From: Planctomycetia bacterium | Lineage (GTDB): Bacteria > Planctomycetota > UBA8108 > UBA1146 | Length of the DNA: 64,000 nt | NCBI GenBank assembly: GCA_012269595.1 | Contig: JAAXJX010000005.1 | Coordinates: forward strand, 143,472 to 207,471 | Direction of reading: 5' to 3' | In this document: piece after piece, positions 17,644-26,901 of the stretch | How the letters are laid out: each line of letters starts with the position of its first letter | How positions within the stretch are numbered: the first letter of the stretch is position 1 | Translations under genes and position numbers: made by a program | Notes under the pieces: generated by a model | Told to the model about the DNA's origin: nothing | What the model saw: only the letters and a program-made list of their open reading frames with translations | The model's database searches: none

Positions 17644-20211
17644 TTAAGGACAACCCACGCCACAGTCGAGACTGTCCGCGGTGGGATCCTCACCACAATT
17701 AATCGGCTCGGGAAGCGAGGCTCCGCCGAACAGGAAACTCAGGGCTGCGACGGCGTCGGCAATGTCGATGTTTCCATCGTCATTGGCGTCGGCGGCATCC
17801 TGACAGTTCACTGGTGTCGAGTTGAACAACAGCTGAAGCATGCTGACCGGATCACTGATGTCACGGCTGCCGTCCAGATTGACATCACCCCTTTGGAAGG
17901 TGACGGCTCCGGTTCCGTTGCAACTGGCCTCTTCGATGGTGAAGTCGTCAACTCCAGCCTCGCAGAGGGAGTTGTTCGGTGCATCCGACGCAGTGAATCG
18001 AACCTGAATGTTGGCACTCGGGGTCACGATATCGCTGACCGTGAACTCAAAGCTTTGCCAGGCACTACCGGTACCCAGTGCGCCACCCACTACCAGAGCG
18101 GTGTTCCAGGTTGCCCCACCGTCATTGGAAACGGAGACGACAAAGTCGTCGAGTTGGGACGGATCCGATTCAATGTTGGCGTACCAGAGATTGAAGCGAA
18201 TCGTTGCATCAGTTCCGGCGAGATTCAGGCTCGGACTGATCAGGTGAGCCGGTCCACCGTCGAGGTCCGCACTGCCTGCAGCTCCACCAACAGCACCGTT
18301 ACCAGTGATCCAGCAGAAGTTGCCACTGGCCGGATCTTCGGGCTGGGACTGGATTCCGCCACTGACCGTTCCATTCGGGTTGGCCAGTTCCCATGCACCC
18401 GCGGTCACGGAAGCATCGGTGACGACACTCCAACCACCGACAAGGCCGGTTTCAAAGTCGTCGACAATCTGGCTGAGGCTGTCCGCCACCTGCAAAGTGG
18501 TTGTGGCGGTCGTCTCGGTGACGCCATTGGTCAGCGAAGCACTGACGAACCACGAAATGGTGGAAGTGGCGGTGTTGCCGTCCAGCACACCCTCGTAGTT
18601 GAGTCCTCCGGTTGAGGCCATGGCAGTTTCCACAAAGGCGCCGCCGTCTGCAGAGGTGTGCAATCTGACGGTGGCCTGATCGAGAATTCCTCCACCAAAT
18701 GCTTCAACGCTGACGCTGACCGGAACGGTGTCCGTGCAGGGTACAGAGGTGGGGTTGCTGGGTGAGGCGACGATGTTGAGCCCGATGGGCGCTTCATTCA
18801 TCCACACCTCGGTGCCAGTGCAGGTACCGATGACCATGTCGAGCCAGCCATCACCGTTGATATCGAAGACTGCGACGTCATGGACTCCGTTGGGGCGCCA
18901 GAGAGCACCGTCATTTTCCTGACGGAGGGTCACGTTGGGTGCATCTCCCATGTTGTGGTAGATGTGCATGCGACGGTTACAGCCTGCGATGTCGACGTCA
19001 ACGTCGGTGATGATGACATCGTTCCAGCCGTCATTGTCGAGGTCGGCGATGACCGAGTTGCCGCCAAAGCCATCGTCGCCACCTGCACCGGTACCACCGG
19101 CAAAGTCGTAAAGGAAACGATTGAAGTTGGCGAGTCCGCTGGCGTCATTGCCGTTGTTCAAAAGGTAAGAATCCGCACCGTCGTCGGTGACCACGATGTC
19201 GTTGGCACCGTCATTGTTGAGGTCACCCACCGTGATGTGGTAGGGGGCCATGCTCGGGAAGCTTTCCTTGTGAGCACTGAAGGATCCGATGGCACCATTG
19301 TTGTTGTAAGCCACTCCAACATACTGCGGCGGGTTCAGGGCGGTGTCCTTGATGATGTCCAGGTGGCCATCGCCATTCATGTCGCGGATTGCCGAAGCCA
19401 TTCCAAAGGCAGACTGCTGGAAGGGGAATGGGCTTCCTCCAACGACGATGCTGCCGCTGAAGACCAAAGCCGTTCCGTCGGTAAAGAAACCGTTACCATC
19501 GTTGAGAAGCAGGCGGTCGTTGAAGTCGAGGGTTTGTGCCCCTCCACTGTCGTAGTCACCCATGTACAGATCGAGATCGCCGTCCTCGTCGATGTCACCG
19601 ATGTCCACGGAGCAGAATCGGGGAGCGTGAGGGAAGCCGTTGGCGGCATTGCCCTCGAACTGTTCCATTCTTGCATCCTCGTGGCGGAATCCACCCCATG
19701 TGCCTCCAACGAGGCCAAGGTTCATGTAGATTCGGGGGTAGGAAATGTGCTTGGGCTGGCCATCTGCAAGGGTGATCACGGTCACCATATCGAGCCAACC
19801 GTCATTGTTGAAATCACCCAGCATGACATCACGGTCATTGGTGGGGGTCAGGAAGCCATTGTCTCCCGGGACGTCGGAAGCACTGGCATAAAGACTGGTT
19901 CTGTCGACAAGAACACCGTTCTCATTCATGAAAAGAACGTTGGTCTTGAAGGCACCCACACCACCACTGGTGAAGGGCTGTTTGCGAACGCAGATCAGAT
20001 CGATGTCTCCATCGTTGTCGACGTCACCCCAAATGTAGTCCTTTTCCTCAGGGTCTGAGGTGGAGATCTGGGCATTGGCCGAAATGCGTGTGGCAGTTTC
20101 ATTGGTGAACTGCACCCAGTCCGGCTGGCCGAAGACAGGATTGCTGTTAAAGGCTCCTGGCAACAGCATCAACGCTGCAAACGTAATGGAGAAAAGCGGC
20201 AAAGTGCGCAT
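17644..20211 (-). CDS. Secreted FG-GAP/VCBS-repeat (integrin-alpha-like propeller) protein with a MAM/jelly-roll-like domain and C-terminal dockerin-like module
   Basis: 855 aa with a signal peptide. Seven Ca-loop repeats (DVDNDGDIDL, GDFNNDGWLDM, GDIDEDGDLDL, RDMNGDGHLDI, GDLNNDGANDI, ADLDNDGWNDV, FDINGDGWLDM). DDFETGLVGGWSV...VSVSNDGGATWN...AGVDDFTIEE resembles MAM / choice-of-anchor-J domains. Confidence 0.8.
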   Translation of the reverse strand: MRTLPLFSITFAALMLLPGAFNSNPVFGQPDWVQFTNETATRISANAQISTSDPEEKDYIWGDVDNDGDIDLICVRKQPFTSGGVGAFKTNVLFMNENGVLVDRTSLYASASDVPGDNGFLTPTNDRDVMLGDFNNDGWLDMVTVITLADGQPKHISYPRIYMNLGLVGGTWGGFRHEDARMEQFEGNAANGFPHAPRFCSVDIGDIDEDGDLDLYMGDYDSGGAQTLDFNDRLLLNDGNGFFTDGTALVFSGSIVVGGSPFPFQQSAFGMASAIRDMNGDGHLDIIKDTALNPPQYVGVAYNNNGAIGSFSAHKESFPSMAPYHITVGDLNNDGANDIVVTDDGADSYLLNNGNDASGLANFNRFLYDFAGGTGAGGDDGFGGNSVIADLDNDGWNDVIITDVDVDIAGCNRRMHIYHNMGDAPNVTLRQENDGALWRPNGVHDVAVFDINGDGWLDMVIGTCTGTEVWMNEAPIGLNIVASPSNPTSVPCTDTVPVSVSVEAFGGGILDQATVRLHTSADGGAFVETAMASTGGLNYEGVLDGNTATSTISWFVSASLTNGVTETTATTTLQVADSLSQIVDDFETGLVGGWSVVTDASVTAGAWELANPNGTVSGGIQSQPEDPASGNFCWITGNGAVGGAAGSADLDGGPAHLISPSLNLAGTDATIRFNLWYANIESDPSQLDDFVVSVSNDGGATWNTALVVGGALGTGSAWQSFEFTVSDIVTPSANIQVRFTASDAPNNSLCEAGVDDFTIEEASCNGTGAVTFQRGDVNLDGSRDISDPVSMLQLLFNSTPVNCQDAADANDDGNIDIADAVAALSFLFGGASLPEPINCGEDPTADSLDCGVGCP
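17647..17898 (-). other. Dockerin-like duplicated EF-hand module plus Cys tail
   Basis: FQRGDVNLDGSRDISDPVSMLQLLFNSTPVNCQDAADANDDGNIDIADAVAALSFLFGGASLPEPINCGEDPTADSLDCGVGCP-stop. Confidence 0.8.
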
Positions 20212-20935
20212 GTTGGGGACACTCCCTTCCCAAGGAATAAGCTCGCATTCCCGATCAGCAAAATCGTATCTCCCATTGGGAGAATGCTTTGCAAGTTACC
20301 GGTGCTCCCTGATCGATTCCTCCATGACGGGGGACGAAACAGAAGTCAGGCCGCAATCGGCAATCGGTAATGTGAGCATCGAACTACCCCCCCGGGCAGT
20401 TCTATAAATCGTTGACTCCGAAGGCCCCTCATTCTTGCCCCGGAAGTCAGCCGCTACCGATCTTGACGCAATTCAGCGCTTCCCATGATCGGCAGAGGAC
20501 ACATTTTCACCGAAAGAAAATCCATCGGTTTCCTGATTATAGGGCTCCAGAGGCACTAGGGGGATACATTAGGCATCCAATCACGGCCCTTAAGGCGACC
20601 GGTTTTACAGAGTTCTGAGTCCCAAAGCCCTGATCGCTGAAACATGCTCCCTTTGGGGCAGTTTAGAGCGGTTCAGATTCGGGCAAATTGCCCTGATTTG
20701 AAGGGATTTGAGCCTGTTACTCCCTGCAGAATCTGGCGACCCATTTGGATGAATATCCGTAATCCTGAGGGTTTGAGACCCGAATTCAGGGAAATATTGC
20801 CCGATGATCCCATTGAGGCCCCGGGGATCAAGGTCGCCCACTGAATCAACGAATCGGGTGGTTTGCCGGGTTTTTGGCAGGGGATGTTAATCTTACCTGA
20901 AGGGCCCCGCGTTCCACCCCGGGGAATCACAGGTC

Positions 20936-23530
20936 ATGCCGATGCGCCCATCCCCAAGCACGAATTTTGAAGACTCCACTTCTGTTTACAAGGTGCCGAT
21001 CACCCCACATGAGGGGGATGCTGCGCGGGCACTGATTCGTGCCATCGAGGTTCATGGAGAAGGGGTCTGGTTCCTGCATTCGACCTCCATGGAGAATCCC
21101 GTTCTCAGTATTGAGGTTCGGGACGATCTCCTCGTTGACCTGGAGCGACCCGGCCACAGATCCCTGCTCCACCGGGCATTGCTCAAAGAGACTCTGTTGA
21201 AAAAACGGGATCTGGAGCGACTGGAACAACGGGGCCTGGAAGAGAATCGTTGTCCCGGTGTTCTCTGCCTTGAGGCTGGAATCGTCGATGCGGTGAGAGC
21301 TGCGGAAAGTATTGCAGCAGAAATCTCATCCGACCTGCAGGAAGTCCTCCATTTGAAAGAGGGTTATTGGCAGGGGCCGGTTCTCCAGCCCATCGATTCC
21401 GGAATGCGCGGTCGAGTTGAAGTGGGATTGAGTTGTCAACAGGCACTGTTGCGCAGTGCGAGACAACACGGGAGTTGGAACCTGATCGGGGAACTGCCGC
21501 TTTTGCGTGAAGTCATGGCTGCCGGTCCCTCTGCTTTTGCACTGGTTCAACATGCGGAGACCTCTGCAGAAGTACGATCGCTTCTCGAAGCGGCGGATGG
21601 TCAGAAAGACCTTTTCGAATTGACTCGCCACCGACCTGATCCATGGCGAGCCCTCGATCGAGCTCTCGAACTCATGGAGATGGGACACCTCCAGACCCTC
21701 AGTGCCATCCAGCTGTTTCAGTTGGGAGAGGGGAAATTGGAGGCCGGAAACGCCGAGGAGGCCCTTCGCCATTGGCGGAGAGCGGAAGAAAAAGGTCTCG
21801 ATGATTTCGATCTCTGCGGTCGTATCGGTGAAATTTGCGCACGAAGTGATCGGCGTCAGGAGGCGTTGTTCAGACTGCGTCAGCATGCCCGCAAATCGAC
21901 AGAGCAACTGCGATTTGAAGCTGCTCGTCAGGCGTGGACCGAATTGGTTTGTCTGGATCCAACCGATGATGAAGCCATCGATCGAGCGGTTCAATTCTGG
22001 ATCAAGGAGCCGGGGAAAGACCTTGCGGTATGCCTCAAGTTGGCCTCCTCTCTCAAGGGGAGTGGGCGTTGGGGTGAGATCGCAGAGTTGGTATCCGGAG
22101 TCGGAGTGCGTCAGCCGGATGTCCGGTTACACGAATGGCACGCCGAAGCGGCCAGAGCCCTCGGTGATGAGGAAATGGAACTGAAGGCCATCTGGCGTCA
22201 GGCGGAATGCTTGCGAACCGGTTCCGATCCATTTGCTGCGATTCCCTGCTACAAGGATTTGTTGGGACGTGGCCACGAGGTGGGAAAGGTCTCTCTGAGA
22301 CTGGCAGAAATGCAACTTCAACAGGGAGAGGTCTCAGCGGCTCGCAACACTTTGAAGCCGGTGTTTCAGGGGAAACTCAAGGCCGCTCTTTATGATTGTG
22401 AAGAATCTCTGGCGATCCTTCAGTCCTGCAGTCGTCATGACTCGGTTCCATTCGAGATACTGGACTTCCTTTTCGAGGTGGAAACGGATCGTGGAAATGC
22501 CGAGGCCTCTCGCCGGTACCTGGTTCAAATGCTGGAAAGTGCCAGTGTCGAAAACGATGACCTCCTGGTCAGTTTTCGTGTGAAGAGTTGGTTCACTGAA
22601 AACAAGAGTGACTATTCCCTTCTTGAGCAATGGATCAGCAGGATTGCAGGGAACAGCAGGGACTCAGAAGTCCTGGCTGCCTTTGAATTTGCATTGAGAC
22701 AGCTGGAACTGACCAGCGAGCAGCGTTTGGACATTGCCCGCAAAGGCCTGGATACGGATCCGAGTCATCCTGTATTCCTGAAAACCCTGATTTCGTCAGA
22801 GCACTTCCCAGAGGAAGAGAAAGCGGAATGGTACCGTCGGATCAGCCTGAGGGGAGTCGCAGACGGGGAAATGCTGCCTGTTTCGGGAGTGGAATCGTTC
22901 ACCACGGAATTCGGTTGGCGAAACCCTCTTCTGAATCTGGTTTGCCAGCAAAAGCCCCTGTCCGGGAAGACGCTGAACAGTGTCTCTGAATCGGTTTTGA
23001 CCGATGGAGACTACCTGCGCAAACTTTTGTTGGAGCATGCCGAGATGGACAGCGATCTCAGGCAACAACTTTCCAGTATGAAGCCGGCAGCCGCATCTCC
23101 AGCCCCCTCAACCAGAGCCACTGTGGTCCGCTCCAGTATTGGGGGAATCACAGAAAAACTGAAAAACATCCACGGTGAGCCACAAGTGTCCGGCACTCCC
23201 GCAGTGGAATCGGAGGACTCTTCCTGTGTTGACTCTTCCCGGGAAGAGACGGTCAGTGTTGCTTCCGATCAGGGAGGGGGATCTTCAGGGATCCAATCAG
23301 CCCTCGATCGCCTGAAAGCCATGAGAAATCCTGTTTCCACCAACGGTGGGGCTGGCGAGACTGAAAAATCCGATAAAGATCGGCAAGAAATTCCCACTTC
23401 ACTGGAGGAGCGAAAACCACCGTCGGGTAACGCTCAACCCAAGGTGAATGCTGCCATCGCTCGATTGGGAGCCCTGCGAAATGGGGGGAACTTGGCGACC
23501 GGCGTTGACGAAGAACGCCATGATCCCTAG
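20936..23530 (+). CDS. Large cytoplasmic helical-repeat (TPR-like) protein with a weak DUF4388-like N-terminus and a disordered C-terminus
   Basis: 864-aa ORF. The N-terminus GDAARALIRAIEVHGEGVWFL...VLSIEVRDDLLV resembles the PatA-N/DUF4388 pattern. The middle is alpha-helical repeats. The tail is Ser/Gly/Glu-rich. Confidence 0.4.
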   Translation: MPMRPSPSTNFEDSTSVYKVPITPHEGDAARALIRAIEVHGEGVWFLHSTSMENPVLSIEVRDDLLVDLERPGHRSLLHRALLKETLLKKRDLERLEQRGLEENRCPGVLCLEAGIVDAVRAAESIAAEISSDLQEVLHLKEGYWQGPVLQPIDSGMRGRVEVGLSCQQALLRSARQHGSWNLIGELPLLREVMAAGPSAFALVQHAETSAEVRSLLEAADGQKDLFELTRHRPDPWRALDRALELMEMGHLQTLSAIQLFQLGEGKLEAGNAEEALRHWRRAEEKGLDDFDLCGRIGEICARSDRRQEALFRLRQHARKSTEQLRFEAARQAWTELVCLDPTDDEAIDRAVQFWIKEPGKDLAVCLKLASSLKGSGRWGEIAELVSGVGVRQPDVRLHEWHAEAARALGDEEMELKAIWRQAECLRTGSDPFAAIPCYKDLLGRGHEVGKVSLRLAEMQLQQGEVSAARNTLKPVFQGKLKAALYDCEESLAILQSCSRHDSVPFEILDFLFEVETDRGNAEASRRYLVQMLESASVENDDLLVSFRVKSWFTENKSDYSLLEQWISRIAGNSRDSEVLAAFEFALRQLELTSEQRLDIARKGLDTDPSHPVFLKTLISSEHFPEEEKAEWYRRISLRGVADGEMLPVSGVESFTTEFGWRNPLLNLVCQQKPLSGKTLNSVSESVLTDGDYLRKLLLEHAEMDSDLRQQLSSMKPAAASPAPSTRATVVRSSIGGITEKLKNIHGEPQVSGTPAVESEDSSCVDSSREETVSVASDQGGGSSGIQSALDRLKAMRNPVSTNGGAGETEKSDKDRQEIPTSLEERKPPSGNAQPKVNAAIARLGALRNGGNLATGVDEERHDP

Positions 23531-23553
23531 GATCAGATGAGAGAGTTGACAGG

Positions 23554-23627
23554 GGCGGCATCGCCAAGTGGTAAGGCACGGGTTTGCAAAACCCGCATCC
23601 CCGGTTCGAATCCGGGTGCCGCCTCCA
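23554..23627 (+). tRNA. tRNA-Cys (anticodon GCA), CCA encoded
   Basis: Acceptor GGCGGCA/TGCCGCC. Anticodon arm CGGGT-TTGCAAA-ACCCG. T-arm CCCGG-TTCGAAT-CCGGG. 3' end TCCA. Confidence 0.93.
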
Positions 23628-23691
23628 ACTTTCCTACCTTATTCCTCTTCTGTTGATCCTGTCTTTTAAACCATGCCTTCAGATTTCCGAC

Positions 23692-25173
23692 TCAGGGGAT
23701 CAGATCCCAGAATTCGGGTTGGTCGTGAAGGGATTTGAGGTCCGGGTCCTCGACTGCGTGGGAAAAACGGTCGTAGCCCATGTTGATGGCCTCAGCCAAA
23801 CTGGCGATGGCTTCCTCGGGCATGCCTGACAATGCCAGGGCACAAGCCAAATTGTAGTGTGCCGTTTCCCGCGACGGATCAAGTTCCAGCGACTTGCGGA
23901 ATTGAAGAATGGCTTCCGGTAACTCTCTTTGACGAAGCAGAACCAGTCCGAGAGCATGCCGGGCCGCCGCGTCATGGGGGAGCCGGTCATTGAGATCTTC
24001 GAGAATCAGTCTTGCCCCGGGGAGGTCGCCCGAATCGCGAAGTTGGTAAGCCGCCCTGATCATGGCATCGCGGCTGGCAACCTCCAGGCGATTGGCTCCG
24101 TATCTGCGTTCCAGCAGCAAGATTCTCGCCCCTCTGGAGTCACCCAGGAGAGAGAGCAGTTCGGCACACCGTCTTCGCAAGACAGGATCTGCGTCCTGTG
24201 TGGCGACGTAATGAAGTGTCGGGCGAAGATCCTCGCGCATGACTCCCATCAATCTGGAGAGTCGCTGGAGTTTTTTCTCACCGCTCAGGGTTTTCCAATC
24301 CCCAAGGGTGATGGCGTGATGGCCATCCCACTTCTCTGGAAGTCTGAGGAGGGTTCTTGTCTCCCACTCCCTGATCAGGTCGATGTCCACGGGTAACAGG
24401 GAAGAATCGGATTCCGCAGATTTGAGGCGCAAAAATTCCACAGCCCCTGGACCCATATCGAGAAAGTATCTGCGCCCTCTTTGCTCCAGAATCGGATCGA
24501 AACGCAACAGGTTTGTCCACGCTTGCTGACAGGCTTCTGCTTGCAGACTTACACGGAACGGATCACTGAATGCGGATTGGATCCAATCGGGAAGTGCTGA
24601 AAGCCATCGAAGTTCATGTTCCGCAAGTTCTTTCGTTTCGAACTGCGGGTGATCTGTGAGCCACCTTTGCAGGATTTCGTCAACGATTCTGTCATAGCTC
24701 CTGAGAAGAAGTGGAGATCGAAGGGAATTCCACTCCACATGACGGGCGATACTGGCCGCCAGAAATCCTTTTCCTGAGCGCGCCGTTTCCAGAAGTGCAG
24801 AGAACTTTTTTCGCAGTTCTTTTCTCTCCAGTGCCACTTCAGCATTGGCGGGATCCGCAGCAGATCGGACTCGAAGTTCTTCCATTTCGAGAATCGATTG
24901 ATCCACTTCTTCCAGAATTGAAAGCAGCAGTGAATCGAGTTTGAATTCGAGATAGGCACGGGTTCGGGGGGTAATCGATTGTTCCAGCGATTGGGCCAAA
25001 AGGGGGATGTGGCTGCGGTCAAATTGATCCAGCTGTGACAGGGCTCGGGCCGCCAATAAGGGGTTGTCGGAATCCAGGTGAGAAGGAAGATCGCCCGAGG
25101 TCGATGTGGCGTACCCCGTCATGGTTGTCAGCAAAAGCCAGATCAGCAGGAGTGGGCCCGGCAATCTGCTCAT
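23692..25173 (-). CDS. Secreted protein with C-terminal TPR repeats
   Basis: Signal peptide LLLIWLLLTTMTGYATS. C-terminal TPR units (ARHALGLVLLRQRELPEAILQFRKSLELDPSRETAHYNLACALALSGMPEEAI). The start overlaps the upstream stop by 4 nt. Confidence 0.6.
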   Translation of the reverse strand: MSRLPGPLLLIWLLLTTMTGYATSTSGDLPSHLDSDNPLLAARALSQLDQFDRSHIPLLAQSLEQSITPRTRAYLEFKLDSLLLSILEEVDQSILEMEELRVRSAADPANAEVALERKELRKKFSALLETARSGKGFLAASIARHVEWNSLRSPLLLRSYDRIVDEILQRWLTDHPQFETKELAEHELRWLSALPDWIQSAFSDPFRVSLQAEACQQAWTNLLRFDPILEQRGRRYFLDMGPGAVEFLRLKSAESDSSLLPVDIDLIREWETRTLLRLPEKWDGHHAITLGDWKTLSGEKKLQRLSRLMGVMREDLRPTLHYVATQDADPVLRRRCAELLSLLGDSRGARILLLERRYGANRLEVASRDAMIRAAYQLRDSGDLPGARLILEDLNDRLPHDAAARHALGLVLLRQRELPEAILQFRKSLELDPSRETAHYNLACALALSGMPEEAIASLAEAINMGYDRFSHAVEDPDLKSLHDQPEFWDLIP

Positions 25174-26588
25174 TGGATCAGGATCGGTCCTTCATCGGGG
25201 ATTTCGAGAGAATCGAAGACTGCGATAAATTGATCCTTGTCGACCGCAATCCTGGGAGAGATTTCCAGGGTTCGGGAGGGGGACCCGTCTGCATTTCTCT
25301 CAAGGGGGTAGCCGGCTGATTCGAGCCAATCACCCCAAAGCATTTGAAGCGCATGTCGGGAAGTTTCCGGTGAATCGTTGCCATCACGATTCTTGACCGG
25401 AGCAAATTCCAGATCTCGCGATGCTTCCACAACGATGGCCTGATCAGAGAGTGGAAGGACATCAAAAATGAAAGTTTCAAAGCGCACGGAATTCGGAGTT
25501 TCTGATTCACTCCATTCATGATCGATCCAGTGTTTGACCGATTTTTTCGCCATATGAAAGGGCATTGGCAATGCAGGGGTGTTTCCCGCCTCGTCACCGA
25601 GAACAAAATCCAGATCGATGACGTGCATGGCGACATTGCCGGCGCGGAAGGAGAGTTTTCCATCGTCATCGCGTCGATTTCGTTCTTCGTCACCCAATTC
25701 ACTGTATTCAATGATCCGCAGATGCTCACCGGTTTGGCAGAAGACGCCCACTTTCTCATCGGGATCGGTTTTGGCGACCGCTTTGGAACTGAACTGGGAA
25801 CCGTGGATGCGATGCAGACCCACTAATTCCGGATCGCCGATGGGAGCCAGGGGGTTATCAACCTGATGAGTGTAGACATGTCGGATTCCCCGCTGCCGAA
25901 AGAGGTCGGCATGTCGCTGCATGAGACGAATTGCTCCGCCGTGCCCGTCGGGACTGAAGAGAACCCGGCCGGGACCCTTGCGAAGGATTTTTCCCCTGCG
26001 CGGGTCGATCACCGGTAACTCCTCCTGAGGCAAAATGATGACATCGGAGGAGTTGAGTCCATGGAATTGATGATCACGGAAGTATTGAACGGTTTCTTCA
26101 TGGTTGGAGGGACTGGTCATGATCCACCACGGGATGGCGGTCCCCACCTCTTTCTGCCTCCTCAGAAGTGACTCTGCAAAGAATTGGAAGAGGGTCATCT
26201 GCGTCAATGGCAACAGCGGGTAGCTCCCCTTGGGCCCGGCGTGACCCAATCGGGTACCGACGCCACCAGCGAGCAACATGACGCCGACTTCACCACGGGA
26301 CAGCGCCTCCAGTCCGAGACTTTTGGCTTCTTCGCGACCCGGGTCGCCGAGCGGGATCATGGGTGGGGGTGACGGAGTCGCGACAGGGAGGCTCTCCGGA
26401 TCGGAAGTGAGGTGGTCACTCACCAATTGTTGCAGGAATCCAAGATCGATCCTGGAGAGATCGTCCAGCAGTTTTCTCCTGCCGGTCGAATCGAGGTCCT
26501 CCCAGTCATCGAAGAGGTGTCCCTGGTCCGCCTCAAGAAATTTGGCTACCAGAGTTTGATCTTCGGCTCCCTCAACATGAATGCGCAC
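25170..26588 (-). CDS. UDP-sugar pyrophosphorylase (UDPGP / UAP1-like family)
   Basis: VGVMLLAGGVGTRLGHAGPKGSYPL (nucleotide-binding loop), IPWWIMTSPSNHEETVQYF, SPDGHGG. Confidence 0.8.
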   Translation of the reverse strand: MRIHVEGAEDQTLVAKFLEADQGHLFDDWEDLDSTGRRKLLDDLSRIDLGFLQQLVSDHLTSDPESLPVATPSPPPMIPLGDPGREEAKSLGLEALSRGEVGVMLLAGGVGTRLGHAGPKGSYPLLPLTQMTLFQFFAESLLRRQKEVGTAIPWWIMTSPSNHEETVQYFRDHQFHGLNSSDVIILPQEELPVIDPRRGKILRKGPGRVLFSPDGHGGAIRLMQRHADLFRQRGIRHVYTHQVDNPLAPIGDPELVGLHRIHGSQFSSKAVAKTDPDEKVGVFCQTGEHLRIIEYSELGDEERNRRDDDGKLSFRAGNVAMHVIDLDFVLGDEAGNTPALPMPFHMAKKSVKHWIDHEWSESETPNSVRFETFIFDVLPLSDQAIVVEASRDLEFAPVKNRDGNDSPETSRHALQMLWGDWLESAGYPLERNADGSPSRTLEISPRIAVDKDQFIAVFDSLEIPDEGPILIQ

Positions 26589-26901
26589 GTTTCATTCCTC
26601 CGGAAGACTCTTTGACCACGGCAATCGGGGTGGCCTTGTCGCCGATGGTACGGCAAATGGCGATTCATGCCACCTTATCCAGAGGCGGTTCCCGGACTGG
26701 AAATTCGACCTTCTCCGGTCCATCAGGGGGAACTTCTCTTGTTCCACTTTGCTCTCTCGGTTTCACTGCAGAAACTGAACCCTTCAGTCAGGAGGGCAAG
26801 TTCTGGAAAAGTGATGCGGGTCGAAGGAAACCCCTGCCTGTTGGCCTTCGGGGTAAAGGAGGGGCATTGTCACAAACCCCGTTGGAAAAAACCCGGTCGC
26901 A

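Noticed and set aside
17641-20058. 324-aa and 392-aa plus-strand ORFs (17641-18615, 18880-20058)
   Set aside because: Both are antisense to the FG-GAP/dockerin gene. Their translations are low-complexity (Val/Gly/Thr/Asp-rich), mirroring the Asp/Gly-rich sense frame.
2956-20211. Classical cellulosome interpretation of the dockerin-tagged proteins
   Set aside because: None of the carriers has a glycoside-hydrolase or CBM catalytic signature, and no cohesin repeats are seen in the window. The cargo is redox, acylase and adhesin-like, so a canonical cellulosome is unlikely.
14592-23627. tRNA-flanked genomic island or prophage between or next to tRNA-Leu and tRNA-Cys
   Set aside because: No integrase, recombinase, transposase or phage-like gene lies adjacent to either tRNA. 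I saw no direct repeat of either tRNA 3' end nearby.
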